The position numbers were made by a program, and so were the translations under genes. Of a stretch of DNA of 64,000 nt, positions 36,807 through 45,647 are shown piece after piece. Source of the DNA: an uncultured Bdellovibrionales bacterium. GTDB taxonomy: Bacteria; Patescibacteriota; Minisyncoccia; Moranbacterales; UBA1568. The notes below the pieces were generated by a model. The model was not told the origin of the DNA, made no database searches, and was given only the letters and a program-made list of their open reading frames with translations. The stretch lies in contig CAZTBI010000002.1 of assembly GCA_964612055.1 (NCBI GenBank), positions 80,296 to 144,295 of the forward strand. The letters run 5' to 3'. Numbering within the stretch: position 1 is the stretch's first letter; every line of letters begins with the position of its first letter.

Positions 36807-37184
36807 ATGGTAGCAAATAAATATGTTCTTGTTGTTGAGGACGACCCGTTTTACTCAAAGATTTACAAGACCAAGTTGGCCAAGGAAAAGATAGAGTCGC
36901 AAATCGTGAGTAACGGTAATGAGGCCTTGAAAGCGGTGCAAGCTCTTGCGCCAGGCCTTATTTTGCTTGATCTTATTATGCCAGGGAAAGATGGCTTCGA
37001 GACCCTAGCAGAGCTAAAAAGTGATCCAGCGCTTCAGGGCATTCCTGTGATCGTGCTTTCAAACTTGAGTCAGGAGGAAGATATTCAGCGTATTATGGAT
37101 CTTGGAGCGGCAGAATACTTAGTCAAAGCCAATGTTCCGATTCAGGAAGTTATTGATAAAGTGAAGCATAATCTCGGGCTGTAG
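36807..37184 (+). CDS. Single-domain response regulator (CheY-like receiver)
   Basis: 125 aa: VLVVEDD, phospho-acceptor D in LLDLIMPGKDG, K in LVKAN. Confidence 0.85.
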   Translation: MVANKYVLVVEDDPFYSKIYKTKLAKEKIESQIVSNGNEALKAVQALAPGLILLDLIMPGKDGFETLAELKSDPALQGIPVIVLSNLSQEEDIQRIMDLGAAEYLVKANVPIQEVIDKVKHNLGL

Positions 37185-37190
37185 GATTTT

Positions 37191-38888
37191 ATGAAAGATA
37201 TCCTCACGCATGACGAGCTGAAAATGCTCTTGCTCGATGCTGGAGTAGTCGAGGAAAAAGATTTGGAGCTAGCCGAAGAACGGCTCAAAAGTGAAGGGGG
37301 AACATTTTCTCAGGCTGTCTTGTGGTACAACTTAGTCTCAGATGAAGAGCTTGGCAAATTGATAGCTGATGCTCTTCATGTACCTTTTGTTGTCTTGGAG
37401 CAGAAGTTCATTTCCAAAGAAGTACTTGAGATAGTGCCGGAAGTGGTAGCAAGAAAACACCGGGTGATTGCTTTTGCTCTCGATACCGAGGGAGTCCATG
37501 TCGCTATGACTGATCCTCGGAATCTTGAAATGCAGAGTTTTTTGGAAAAAAAGACGGGCCTTCCGGTACGAGTCTATCTGGCCATGGAGCGTGACATGGA
37601 AAATGCCTTTATGTTGTATCGGCAGGAAGTCGCTGAAGCTTTTGAAGAGCTCATCTTGTCCGATATCAAGGAAGCCGGAAAAGAGAGTCATGAGACTGAC
37701 CCGCCTATCATCCGCATTGTTGATACACTGCTCTCGTATGCGTATCAGAATCGCGCCTCGGATATTCATCTTGAGCCTCGGGAGCGCGATATGTTAGTCC
37801 GGTTTCGTATTGATGGTGTGCTCCATGACATCGTCAAGCTTCCGCCCGAACTGCACCCACAAATTATTTCTCGTATCAAAGTACTTTCTAAGCTCCGTAT
37901 TGATGAGCACCAGACACCTCAGGATGGTAAGGTCAGTTTTCCTATCGAAGGAAGTGAGGCGCTTGATGTTCGTGTTTCAATCATTCCAACGACTGAGGGG
38001 GAGAAGGTGGTGCTCCGTCTCCTCTCGGAGCGGTCTCGGCAGTTTTCTTTGACGAATCTTGGCTTTTCTTTTCAAGGGCTTGATCTAGTGAAGGCAGCTT
38101 ACGAGAAACCGTACGGCATGATTCTCGTCACTGGACCAACGGGTTGTGGTAAAACGACAACACTGTACTCTATTTTGAAGCTTTTGAACCGACGCCATGT
38201 GAATATCGTGACTATTGAAGATCCGGTGGAATATGATATGGAGGGCGTCAATCAAATTCAAGTAAATGCCGAAGCAAAGCTGACTTTTGCCACAGGGCTT
38301 CGGAGTATTCTTCGCCAAGATCCCAATGTGATCCTGGTAGGAGAAATTCGTGATAACGAAACAGCGGATATCGCCATTAACCTTGCCATGACGGGACACT
38401 TGGTGCTCTCGACGCTCCATACGAATAATGCTGCCACCGCTATCCCACGACTCATCGACATGGATATCGAACCGTTCCTTATTTCCTCTACCACGAACGT
38501 GATTGTGGCACAACGCCTCGTGCGAAAGATCCACCAGGCCTGTCGTGTCAGTGAAGAGGTGCCGAGTACGGAGCTTGCTCTTCGGGTAGGTGCAGAGATG
38601 TTCGAGAAAGTTTTCGGAAAGCCATCACCAGAAAAAAGCATTCGCCTCTATCATGGCAAGGGGTGCAAAGCGTGCCACGATACTGGTTACGAAGGGCGCA
38701 GTGGTATATTTGAAGTCTTGGTACTGAGTGATGATATTCGTAAGGCTATTGTAGATCGTCGCGATGCCAATATCATCGAGGGGCTCGCGGCAGCATCTGG
38801 AATGCGGACGATGTTTGAGGATGGTCTTATAAAAGTTCAAGAAGGAGCGACAACGATTGATGAAATTTTGCGTGTCACCAAGGAATAA
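37191..38888 (+). CDS. pilB: Type IV pilus assembly ATPase PilB (copy 2)
   Basis: 565 aa, T2SSE_N domain, Walker A GPTGCGKTTT, only 3 of the 4 zinc-motif Cys retained. Confidence 0.9.
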   Translation: MKDILTHDELKMLLLDAGVVEEKDLELAEERLKSEGGTFSQAVLWYNLVSDEELGKLIADALHVPFVVLEQKFISKEVLEIVPEVVARKHRVIAFALDTEGVHVAMTDPRNLEMQSFLEKKTGLPVRVYLAMERDMENAFMLYRQEVAEAFEELILSDIKEAGKESHETDPPIIRIVDTLLSYAYQNRASDIHLEPRERDMLVRFRIDGVLHDIVKLPPELHPQIISRIKVLSKLRIDEHQTPQDGKVSFPIEGSEALDVRVSIIPTTEGEKVVLRLLSERSRQFSLTNLGFSFQGLDLVKAAYEKPYGMILVTGPTGCGKTTTLYSILKLLNRRHVNIVTIEDPVEYDMEGVNQIQVNAEAKLTFATGLRSILRQDPNVILVGEIRDNETADIAINLAMTGHLVLSTLHTNNAATAIPRLIDMDIEPFLISSTTNVIVAQRLVRKIHQACRVSEEVPSTELALRVGAEMFEKVFGKPSPEKSIRLYHGKGCKACHDTGYEGRSGIFEVLVLSDDIRKAIVDRRDANIIEGLAAASGMRTMFEDGLIKVQEGATTIDEILRVTKE

Positions 38889-38908
38889 TTTTTTCGACAT
38901 TCTATAAT

Positions 38909-39952
38909 ATGGTTTCCCATCTTGAGAAGTTGCTCTTCACCAGAGAATTGGCAGTGCTCTTAAAGAGTGGCGTGCCACTCGGAGAAGCGCTCGAATCTTT
39001 GAAAGATAAGACGGGTAGGGGGTCACTCCGTAAGGTTATTGAGGGGCTCTTGGCTGATATAGAGAATGGCCAGTCTTTCTCTCAGGCGCTCGCTCGCTTT
39101 CCGAAAGTTTTCGATGCTCTTTCGGTGAATCTGGTAAAAATTGGTGAAACCTCCGGAACCCTCAAGGAAAATCTTGATTTCTTGGCTCACCAGCAAGAGA
39201 GTTCTTACACACTGCGTAAAAAGATTCAGGCTATTTTACTCTATCCGACCGTTGTTTTTGGTATGGCACTGCTCCTCTCAGCTTTGATTAGTGTTTTTAT
39301 CTTGCCCAAGCTTATTCGTCTTTTTGAATCATTTCATGTGACCTTGCCGTGGACGACGCAGGTATTGCTTGCCGTCGCGCATTTTATGCAGTCTTACGGC
39401 ATCCTCTTTTTCTCAGTGCTCTTTCTTTTCATACTGGTTTTCCGATTTACGGTAGGGCTCTCCTTTGTCCGTCCGTATTGGCACGCGCTTCTCTTGCGTC
39501 TGCCTGTTTCAGGAGAGCTCTCTCGTTATATTGCTATTGCTCACTTCTGTCGCGATGTTGGAACGATGCTAAAGAGCAGCCTTCCTGTTTTGGAAGCTCT
39601 GACAGTTGAGGAGCAGGTCATGGAGAATCGCGCCATGGCTCGTTTGGTGAAGGGGCTTGCTGTAGCTGTTTCTCAAGGGAAAACGCTCTCCGATGAGCTC
39701 ACAAAAGCATCCTACGCTGTTATTCCAGCAATCGCAGTGAAGATGATTGCCTCAGGCGAAAAGACAGGGAAACTTGATGAGACACTCTTGTACCTCGAAA
39801 GTTTTTTTGAAGCAGAGGTTGATCGCAAGATAAAAAATATGACTGTCTTGTTTGAGCCAATACTCCTTCTCGTCATCGGGGGTATTGTGACTTTCCTCGC
39901 CCTCGCTATCTTGACACCCATCTACTCCCTGACAGGATCAGTGAAACGGTAA
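38909..39952 (+). CDS. pilC: Type IV pilus inner-membrane platform protein PilC (GspF family)
   Basis: 347 aa with GspF-repeat organisation and 3 TM segments. Confidence 0.85.
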   Translation: MVSHLEKLLFTRELAVLLKSGVPLGEALESLKDKTGRGSLRKVIEGLLADIENGQSFSQALARFPKVFDALSVNLVKIGETSGTLKENLDFLAHQQESSYTLRKKIQAILLYPTVVFGMALLLSALISVFILPKLIRLFESFHVTLPWTTQVLLAVAHFMQSYGILFFSVLFLFILVFRFTVGLSFVRPYWHALLLRLPVSGELSRYIAIAHFCRDVGTMLKSSLPVLEALTVEEQVMENRAMARLVKGLAVAVSQGKTLSDELTKASYAVIPAIAVKMIASGEKTGKLDETLLYLESFFEAEVDRKIKNMTVLFEPILLLVIGGIVTFLALAILTPIYSLTGSVKR

Positions 39953-39975
39953 GAGAATATTGTCCTTGAGATATT

Positions 39976-40434
39976 ATGAAGCTTTCTGGCTTTACACTGA
40001 TTGAAGTGATCCTTATGATCGCTCTCATGATTTTCATCGGTATCATCGCTTCCCCTTTCTATGGGAACTTTTTGTTTGGACAGGAAGCGGATAGGGCCGC
40101 TACCGAACTTCGGGAAAGTCTCACGAAAGCCCGTTTTTACAGCATGATGGGAAAGGGGAATGATCAGTGGGGCGTAGCGTTTGATACCAATCGCATTATT
40201 CTCTTCAAGGGTAGTTCCTTCGGTGGTCGTGACCCAGTGTTTGACGAATCATATCCACTTCATGATCTGGTGACTTTGACAGGACTCAGTGAAGTTGTTT
40301 TTGATCGAGGGACGGGTGCGTCAAGTAGTCAGCCAACAATCACCATTACTCTGTATGGGAATAGTGACACGCCGACGACGCACACGCACACACTGACAGT
40401 GAATGCCGCTGGCGTTGTTGATGAGACTCTCTAG
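39976..40434 (+). CDS. Prepilin-type (pseudopilin) protein
   Basis: N-terminal class III signal G^FTLIEVIL. Confidence 0.8.
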   Translation: MKLSGFTLIEVILMIALMIFIGIIASPFYGNFLFGQEADRAATELRESLTKARFYSMMGKGNDQWGVAFDTNRIILFKGSSFGGRDPVFDESYPLHDLVTLTGLSEVVFDRGTGASSSQPTITITLYGNSDTPTTHTHTLTVNAAGVVDETL

Positions 40435-40440
40435 CAATAT

Positions 40441-40908
40441 ATGAAAACTTTTTTTCGTGGATTTTCTACACTCGAGATCCTCCTTGCTGGAGCGGTGTTT
40501 TCGGTATTTTCATGGGGAGTGATTGAGGTGACCCTGACCGCTCTTCAGGCAGATCGTTTGGGGCGAGAAACAACAGTAGCAACAGGGTATGCTGTAGAAG
40601 GTCTTGAGGCAGTGCGAGCGATCAAGGAGGAAAATTTCGATGATCTGGTACCAACAGATGCTACCGGCATAGCAAAGCAAGACGGATTCTTTGTTTTTGA
40701 CGGAACGGAGAATGTTTTTGACGGAATATATACTCGGACCATTGTGATCGAAGCTGGGAAGCGAGACGAGGGTGGCAATATCACGGAGGGTGACGGGAGT
40801 GATGATGTCGACACGGTCCGCGTCAGGGTGACGGTATCTTGGCAGCTCAGTCCAACGCGCAACGATTCAGTGGTACTCGAAACGTATTTCACTCGTTGGC
40901 ATATCTAG
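40441..40908 (+). CDS. Prepilin-type minor pilin
   Basis: N-terminal G^FSTLEILLAG. Confidence 0.75.
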   Translation: MKTFFRGFSTLEILLAGAVFSVFSWGVIEVTLTALQADRLGRETTVATGYAVEGLEAVRAIKEENFDDLVPTDATGIAKQDGFFVFDGTENVFDGIYTRTIVIEAGKRDEGGNITEGDGSDDVDTVRVRVTVSWQLSPTRNDSVVLETYFTRWHI

Positions 40909-40911
40909 GGT

Positions 40912-41439
40912 ATGAAAAGTATGAAAAAAAGACTTCGCGGGTTTACCTTTATTGAAGTGATACTGTATATCGGTCTGTTCTCGCTTCTTGGAACGGCACT
41001 CCTTACTTTTGCTTGGGATATCCTCAAACTTTCTCATGAGGGGAACACGGAACGTCTCGTGACAGAAGGGGGGCGCTTTGCGGTAGAGCGTATGAAGTAC
41101 AGTATGAGACAAGCAGCCGGTGTTGATACCGAGGCCTCTGTTTTTGATAGCGCCGATGGAAGGCTGGTCATTAATCAGTTCGGGAGCAGTGATACACTCA
41201 CCTTCGAACTTCAGAATGGGAAAGTAGTGATGCAGGAATCAGGGCAAGATGCTATCGTGCTTCAGCCTCAGAATACTCAGACGACAGCGCTCCTTTTTGA
41301 ACGATCCTCCCCCTCTGATCAATCAGTGGAGTATATTACAGTGACACTCACTCTCGAAACTTTACTTCAGGCGCCGCTCGAGTACGCTTCTAGTACGACT
41401 TTTGAAACAGGGGTGGTCATAAGAAATCTTGGTCTATGA
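40912..41439 (+). CDS. Prepilin-type minor pilin
   Basis: N-terminal RG^FTFIEVILYIGL. Confidence 0.75.
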   Translation: MKSMKKRLRGFTFIEVILYIGLFSLLGTALLTFAWDILKLSHEGNTERLVTEGGRFAVERMKYSMRQAAGVDTEASVFDSADGRLVINQFGSSDTLTFELQNGKVVMQESGQDAIVLQPQNTQTTALLFERSSPSDQSVEYITVTLTLETLLQAPLEYASSTTFETGVVIRNLGL

Positions 41440-41828
41440 AACAGGTACATCTTCGTGGCTATATAGCGATCATGACAGTGCTGGCACTGTTGGTGTTTTC
41501 GCTTTCTCTCTTGATAAGCGTCCCATACCTTTCCATTGGAGGTATTCAGGAGGCAGCTGTTTTTTCGGAGAGCGAGACAGTTTACGCCGCTCTCGAAGGA
41601 TGCGCAGAAGACGCCCTGCTTTTGAGTGTGAGAGACGAAAACTATACAGGCGGTACCTATACGTATCTCGGAGCAACGTGTGAAGTAAGTATTGAAAAAA
41701 ACGATCCATTGTGGACACTCTCTCTTACGGGGAGTAGGTACAGTGTGACACGGGTATTGCGGGTTATCGTAGAGCGTACGCCTGGTACCCCTGGAACACT
41801 GACACTTCAAAGTTGGCTGGAAGAGTGA
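41436..41828 (+). CDS. Minor pilin-like protein (GspK/PilX-like, lacks Glu5)
   Basis: N-terminal RGYIAIMTVLALLV hydrophobic segment. 4-bp overlap with the upstream pilin gene. Confidence 0.5.
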   Translation: MKQVHLRGYIAIMTVLALLVFSLSLLISVPYLSIGGIQEAAVFSESETVYAALEGCAEDALLLSVRDENYTGGTYTYLGATCEVSIEKNDPLWTLSLTGSRYSVTRVLRVIVERTPGTPGTLTLQSWLEE

Positions 41829-41869
41829 AAAACCGGTACAATAGAGGAGCCTATTGAAGATTTTTACGT

Positions 41870-42634
41870 ATGTTTTCAAAAAAACACCCAGCGCTTTTTA
41901 TCAGTAGTGGCTTTATAGAACCAGGAAACGTTACTGTTTCCAAAGAACTTCTTTTTGAGGGGAGCGAGGCGTTGCCATATGACAGAGAAACGTTTCGTCA
42001 GACACTCAGTCAGGCCCTTACTTCTCCTTACAAAAAAGCGCGCCTTGTTCTTTCTGAGGAACTCGTTTATGTAACGACCCTTCTGTTTCCGGTTGGTACG
42101 AAGCTCACTCGAGAACTCGTGAGAAGTCGGGCGGAGGAGACGATCCCGGAGGATCTTCGTGCCACGGCATGGGATTTTCGCACCATGCATTACAAAGAAA
42201 CGATCGGAGAAGCAGGGAGTGTCTTGGTACAGGTAGCGGTAGTAGAAGGGGGATTTTCTGATATTTTAAGCAAAACGTTGGCGGAGCAGGATTTTTCTGT
42301 TGAAGCGATTTTACCGGAATCCTCGGTTCTTGCCTCCCTCGTCGCTGACAAGGAGGGGGTGACAGTGATTGTGGAACAAGATCGTGAACGAATACTCTTT
42401 ATTGCCTGTGAGTCGCATCTCGTTCTTTCTACTCAGACGAAACAAGGAGTATTGGAGTACCCTTCCCTCAAGGCATTCCTCCTCTTTGTTTCCAGTGTCC
42501 TTGAGAAGAAAATAGAGAGTATCATTCTTTCGCATGTTACTGATGCAGAATTGAAAGACAGACTTGAAAAGGATGGGTATATGTACGAAGAGCAGTCGCT
42601 CAATCCTTTCCTTTGCTCGGGGCATTTTTTCTGA
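41870..42634 (+). CDS. Hypothetical pilus-locus protein (possibly PilM-like assembly factor)
   Basis: 254 aa, no TM helix. Position between minor pilins and major pilin. Function inferred from context only. Confidence 0.3.
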   Translation: MFSKKHPALFISSGFIEPGNVTVSKELLFEGSEALPYDRETFRQTLSQALTSPYKKARLVLSEELVYVTTLLFPVGTKLTRELVRSRAEETIPEDLRATAWDFRTMHYKETIGEAGSVLVQVAVVEGGFSDILSKTLAEQDFSVEAILPESSVLASLVADKEGVTVIVEQDRERILFIACESHLVLSTQTKQGVLEYPSLKAFLLFVSSVLEKKIESIILSHVTDAELKDRLEKDGYMYEEQSLNPFLCSGHFF

Positions 42635-42737
42635 AAGTTTCCGGGAAAGATGAGCGAGTGCTCAATTTGAATACTTTTTCCAAGGCTCCAGAGAGATCAT
42701 GGTGGCAGAGAGTCTTCCAAAAAGAGCGCCATAAGGC

Positions 42738-42766
42738 TTAGACAATTCTTGGGAAACTGGTATCAT
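42738..42766 (+). promoter_or_regulatory. Putative promoter of the major pilin gene (TTAGAC-N17-TATCAT)
   Basis: Hexamers at 42738-42743 and 42761-42766. Confidence 0.35.
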
Positions 42767-42794
42767 ACAAATAGGCTTTTCTTTCCGGTTTTTT

Positions 42795-43277
42795 ATGCAG
42801 CACAAAAATATTTTCTCATCCCGCAAGAAGGGTTTCACATTGATTGAAATCCTTTTAGTGATTGGCATCATTGCTGTTTTGGCGACAGTGGTGATTGTTT
42901 CGCTTGATCCGGCCACTCGTTTTCAAAATGCCCGCGACGCCAGGCGTTTAGCCGATATCCAGAGCATTCTTTCTGCGACACAGCAGTATATCGTGGATAA
43001 CAGAGGCTCTCTCCCGAGCGGACTCGACACTACAGAGAAACAGATTGGTACTGGTACCTCGGGCTGTACTCTGACGGATGGTATCTGTAGTGCCAATACT
43101 ACGTACTGTCTTGATTTAGAGACGACGCTAGCGCCTTATTTGAAGGACATGCCCTATGATCCCGAGAACGGTAGTGCCGCTCAAACTCACTACACGGTCG
43201 TTGTTGATAGCAACAATATCGTAACAGTGCGCGCTTGCGATTCTGCCGATACGACTATTGATGAGGTCTCGCGATAG
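42795..43277 (+). CDS. pilA: Type IV major pilin (PilA-like)
   Basis: KG^FTLIEILLVIGIIAVLATVV class III signal with Glu5; C-terminal Cys pair. Confidence 0.85.
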   Translation: MQHKNIFSSRKKGFTLIEILLVIGIIAVLATVVIVSLDPATRFQNARDARRLADIQSILSATQQYIVDNRGSLPSGLDTTEKQIGTGTSGCTLTDGICSANTTYCLDLETTLAPYLKDMPYDPENGSAAQTHYTVVVDSNNIVTVRACDSADTTIDEVSR

Positions 43278-43297
43278 ACATCCCTTGTTTTCATGTC

Positions 43298-44371
43298 ATG
43301 AAGCAGTTACTGCGCCACCTTTCTTTTTTCGGCCGTTACTTCTTTCCGAGGGCTGGTTTATTGCTTTTTTTTGTTTTGCCAGCCAGTACAAATTACCAAC
43401 TCAAGGATTTTGGCTACGGTGGCGGCGGTACGTCGAGTAGTGCTTCGAGTAATTATGCTATCGAGGGCATTGTTGGAGAGCAGGATAGTACAAAACTGAG
43501 TGGCACGACCTACGATCTTGGTCCAGGATTAGAATTTACCAATCAGGCCAATGTGCCTCCAGCTCCGACTTTCACCAATCCGAGTAGCTACTATAATAAA
43601 CTAAAAATAGTTTTGAGTACGGGCAGTAATCCGAGTGATACCAAGTTCGCCATTGCTATCAGTACTGATAGCTTTGTGAGTGATACTCGTTATGTCCAAG
43701 ATGACGATACCGTCGGAAGTGCTCTTGGTGCTGAGGACTATCAAACCTATACCAACTGGGGCGGGGCAAGTGGAGAACTTATTATCGGCCTCCTCTCAAA
43801 TACCACTTACACGGTAAAGGTCAAAGCTATGCAGGGGAGTTTCACGGAGACGGGCTATGGGCCAACGGCATCGGCGGCTACAATTAGTCCAACGCTGACA
43901 TTTGATATTGATGTAGCCGCTACCGATGTCGATAATAGCGTGACGACACTTGATTTGGGGAGTCTCCTTGCTGGTACCGTAGTAGATAGTGCTGAGAAGA
44001 TCTGGGTGGATTTTATAACCAATGGTGAGGGGGGTGGCCGGGTGTATGTGTATGGCAGTAACGCTGGTCTTGCCAGTACTCGCGCGGCCTACACTATTAG
44101 TGCTGTGACGGGGAATCTGACTGCTTTGACGGAAGGATTCGGTGCTCAGGGTTCGACAGCGACTAATGGTCTTTCGGAAGCGACACTTTATGATCAAACA
44201 GGGAATACGGTTGGTACGGTGGATACGGCGATTCGGGAAATATTTACTGCCACGGCTCCCACAACCAGCGGTCGAGGATCATTTCTCCTCAAAGCAAAGT
44301 CTGGAGCGGTGACACCGGCTGCGAATGATTATACTGAAACGTTGACGGTTATTGCTTCTGCGAGTTTCTAG
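43298..44371 (+). CDS. Secreted Thr/Ser/Gly-rich surface protein, WxL-like C-terminus (paralog 1)
   Basis: Signal peptide. Ends ...ANDYTETLTVIASASF, matching the distal WxL motif pattern Y-T-x-T-L-T-W with W replaced by V. Confidence 0.6.
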   Translation: MKQLLRHLSFFGRYFFPRAGLLLFFVLPASTNYQLKDFGYGGGGTSSSASSNYAIEGIVGEQDSTKLSGTTYDLGPGLEFTNQANVPPAPTFTNPSSYYNKLKIVLSTGSNPSDTKFAIAISTDSFVSDTRYVQDDDTVGSALGAEDYQTYTNWGGASGELIIGLLSNTTYTVKVKAMQGSFTETGYGPTASAATISPTLTFDIDVAATDVDNSVTTLDLGSLLAGTVVDSAEKIWVDFITNGEGGGRVYVYGSNAGLASTRAAYTISAVTGNLTALTEGFGAQGSTATNGLSEATLYDQTGNTVGTVDTAIREIFTATAPTTSGRGSFLLKAKSGAVTPAANDYTETLTVIASASF

Positions 44372-44393
44372 TAAAAATTGAATAATCTTTTTG

Positions 44394-44422
44394 ACAGAGG
44401 GCTTTTTTTGTGCTATTATGGA
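44394..44422 (+). promoter_or_regulatory. Consensus promoter (TTGACA-N17-TATTAT) for 44496 gene
   Basis: -35 at 44394-44399 and -10 at 44417-44422. Confidence 0.5.
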
Positions 44423-44495
44423 TAAGTAGGGAAAGAGAGTTTCTGGTTTTTTCTTAGAAAATTTTAGAAAAATAAAAATAAAATAAGCTATCGCT

Positions 44496-45539
44496 ATGGT
44501 ACGAACTGAAATTCAAAGAACAGTCATGCTGGGAATCTTCTCTCTCTTGGTTGTCCTCGCGCTTCCGATATTTTTCATCAACAAGGCCCAGGCAGCAGGC
44601 TTGACTCAGGCCATGGTGCGTCCTGATCGCCTGGCTGCTTCTACCACGACTGGTGGTATGGTATGTGCTAAATCTACGACCACCGCTGTTGAGACAACAG
44701 TCAAAGTGACGTTTCCCACAGGCTTTACCGTAAACAGCACTGCCTCCAACTGGACAGTCACGACGACAGATATCCCTGCCGATGCTACTGCCTGGATTGG
44801 TATCGGGACCGCCTCCCTGGTCTCTGGTCAGGATGTCACGTTTCCGAGTGGTAACATGGTTGTAGGGACACTGTATTGCTTCAACTTTGCTGCCTCAAGT
44901 ACTCTTACGACGAGTACTGCCGGGAATGACAAGACAGGAGTTATTACAACGCAGCTGGCTGGTCCGACGACTATCGATAGTTCGAGTTACGCGCTCTCTA
45001 TTGTTTCGAATGATCAGATTGTTGTGTCGGCTACTGTCCCAGCCACCTTTACTTTCAGCTTGAGTGCCAACACGGACTCCATCGGTACGTTGTCAACAAC
45101 CACCGCCTCTTCTTCTGGTGTGACTGCTACTATCGCGACCAATGCCGCTGCTGGTTGGGTGGCGTGGGCAAAGAGCGCGAACGCTGCTTTGAACTCGGCT
45201 TCAACTGGAGCGACTATTGCGACAGCAGGTACTCTCAATAATGCTCCAACAGATCTCGCCTCCTCTACTGGCTATGTCCTGGATGTGAACGTTACGACAG
45301 ACAGTGGTACCGGTACCGGTACAGTCTCTCAGGCTTCAGATTATGGCGCAGAATACAATGGCACCAACTCGACTTCAGGAGGAACGCTTTCAACTACCTT
45401 TCAGCCGATTGCCGCTTCGAGTGGTACAACCGATGGTGATGTGCTGACTCTCATTGAGCGAGCAAAGATCAGCGCTGTCCAGGCTGCCGCTACCGATTAT
45501 ACCGATACTCTGACAGTTGTTGCTGCCGGTCGTTTCTAA
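44496..45539 (+). CDS. Secreted Thr/Ser/Ala-rich surface protein, WxL-like C-terminus (paralog 2)
   Basis: Signal peptide (cleavage after AQA). Ends ...ATDYTDTLTVVAAGRF; proximal ATFTFSL motif. Confidence 0.6.
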   Translation: MVRTEIQRTVMLGIFSLLVVLALPIFFINKAQAAGLTQAMVRPDRLAASTTTGGMVCAKSTTTAVETTVKVTFPTGFTVNSTASNWTVTTTDIPADATAWIGIGTASLVSGQDVTFPSGNMVVGTLYCFNFAASSTLTTSTAGNDKTGVITTQLAGPTTIDSSSYALSIVSNDQIVVSATVPATFTFSLSANTDSIGTLSTTTASSSGVTATIATNAAAGWVAWAKSANAALNSASTGATIATAGTLNNAPTDLASSTGYVLDVNVTTDSGTGTGTVSQASDYGAEYNGTNSTSGGTLSTTFQPIAASSGTTDGDVLTLIERAKISAVQAAATDYTDTLTVVAAGRF

Positions 45540-45647
45540 AAGGGATTTAAACCGAAAAGATAGGCCTCCTTCCTTATGAAGGAGGTTTTTGTTTTCCCTC
45601 CCAGTAGCCATTTTTTAGAGGAATGCGCTATAATAGAAACATCTTTT

